DNA of 63,989 bases, filler included, from Perkinsus olseni (lineage: Eukaryota), in the NCBI GenBank assembly GCA_013115125.1. It is 6 parts of 6 records of this genome, joined end to end, with 100 filler letters (N's around TTAATTAATTAA, not from the genome) between each part and the next. Parts side by side here need not be neighbours in the genome. Positions count along the whole stretch, not along the records: positions 55,788 to 63,989 come from JABANN010000980.1; 5 more parts are not named here. One strand, written 5' to 3'. The notes beneath the pieces are model-generated. The model was not told the origin of the DNA. It did no database searches and was given only the letters and a program-made list of their open reading frames with translations. The first letter of the stretch is position 1. Each line of letters starts with the position of its first letter. A program made the position numbers and the translations under genes. This document shows positions 63,701-63,989 of the stretch, one piece after another.

Positions 63701-63989
63701 AACAGGACGTAAGGTTGACTGCGGGCCCACGTCATCACCTCGCGGTACTCCTTCTTGTGCTTGCTAGTGGACCCCGCATCACCAGTGAAGAGCACCCTGT
63801 CACGAATATCCTTGGAAGGCTGCTCACGGTCCTGAGGTCGGCTCGCCTTTCTGGAGTCGGAAACAGCTGTGAAGGACTGGCAGATATCACTGAGGATGGA
63901 CAGGACTGTCACATCTTCGGCTTTACCATCAAATGGTAAACGCAGTTGCCATTCCTTCGACGCCGTACCGGGCCGGAGAATCCTCGCCG
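60790..63989 (-). mobile_element. LTR-class retrotransposon B, decayed: gag-like ORF, -1 frame pol (PR, RT, RNase H), integrase missing
   Basis: IVDTGAS (~63100-63125), RLVCDLRPIN, ADIKSAFYSI, VSFGVSAGP, YFDDLV, VCSDAS, SNRREL, CDN, NTHADSLS; two in-frame stops near 61610-61630. Confidence 0.88.
63414..63475 (-). promoter_or_regulatory. Predicted -1 programmed ribosomal frameshift signal
   Basis: In-phase A AAA AAC (63475-63469) just before the gag TAG (63447-63445); stem 1 GUGUGAGC/GCUCGCAC; stem 2 GUAGGC/GCCUAC; the -1 frame is open through PR and RT. Confidence 0.8.

Overview
Eukaryotic DNA with many short GT-AG introns and about 50% GC. Gene content and style suggest an alveolate, probably Perkinsus-like (inference). 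The window is not one locus. It is six contigs joined by 100-nt N linkers containing TTAATTAATTAA, and the complete contigs fall in size (11060, 11051, 11041, 11035 nt), so they were concatenated by length. Adjacency across a linker means nothing. Recognisable genes: NhaA Na+/H+ antiporter, ZC2HC1-type zinc-finger protein, cNMP-binding PKA-R-like protein, LOTUS/OST-HTH-like protein, KH protein with a GW/WG-rich tail, PLP aminotransferase, METTL21/CaM-KMT-like methyltransferase, UTP11, TBCD, p47/UBX, At4g15545-like protein, RPT3, RPS16 and RPS26 head-to-head, two SLC52-like transporters, tRNA-Ser(CGA), PPIL4, and two secreted GH18-like paralogs. The last contig holds two LTR-class retroelements with BEL/Pao-like motifs, arranged tail-to-tail. 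One has CCCH zinc fingers where Gag normally has CCHC knuckles. The other has a -1 frameshift cassette (A AAA AAC plus a predicted H-type pseudoknot). Overlapping perfect hairpins, mostly with a one-base centre, recur at several breakpoints. Exon boundaries were read by eye and are approximate.
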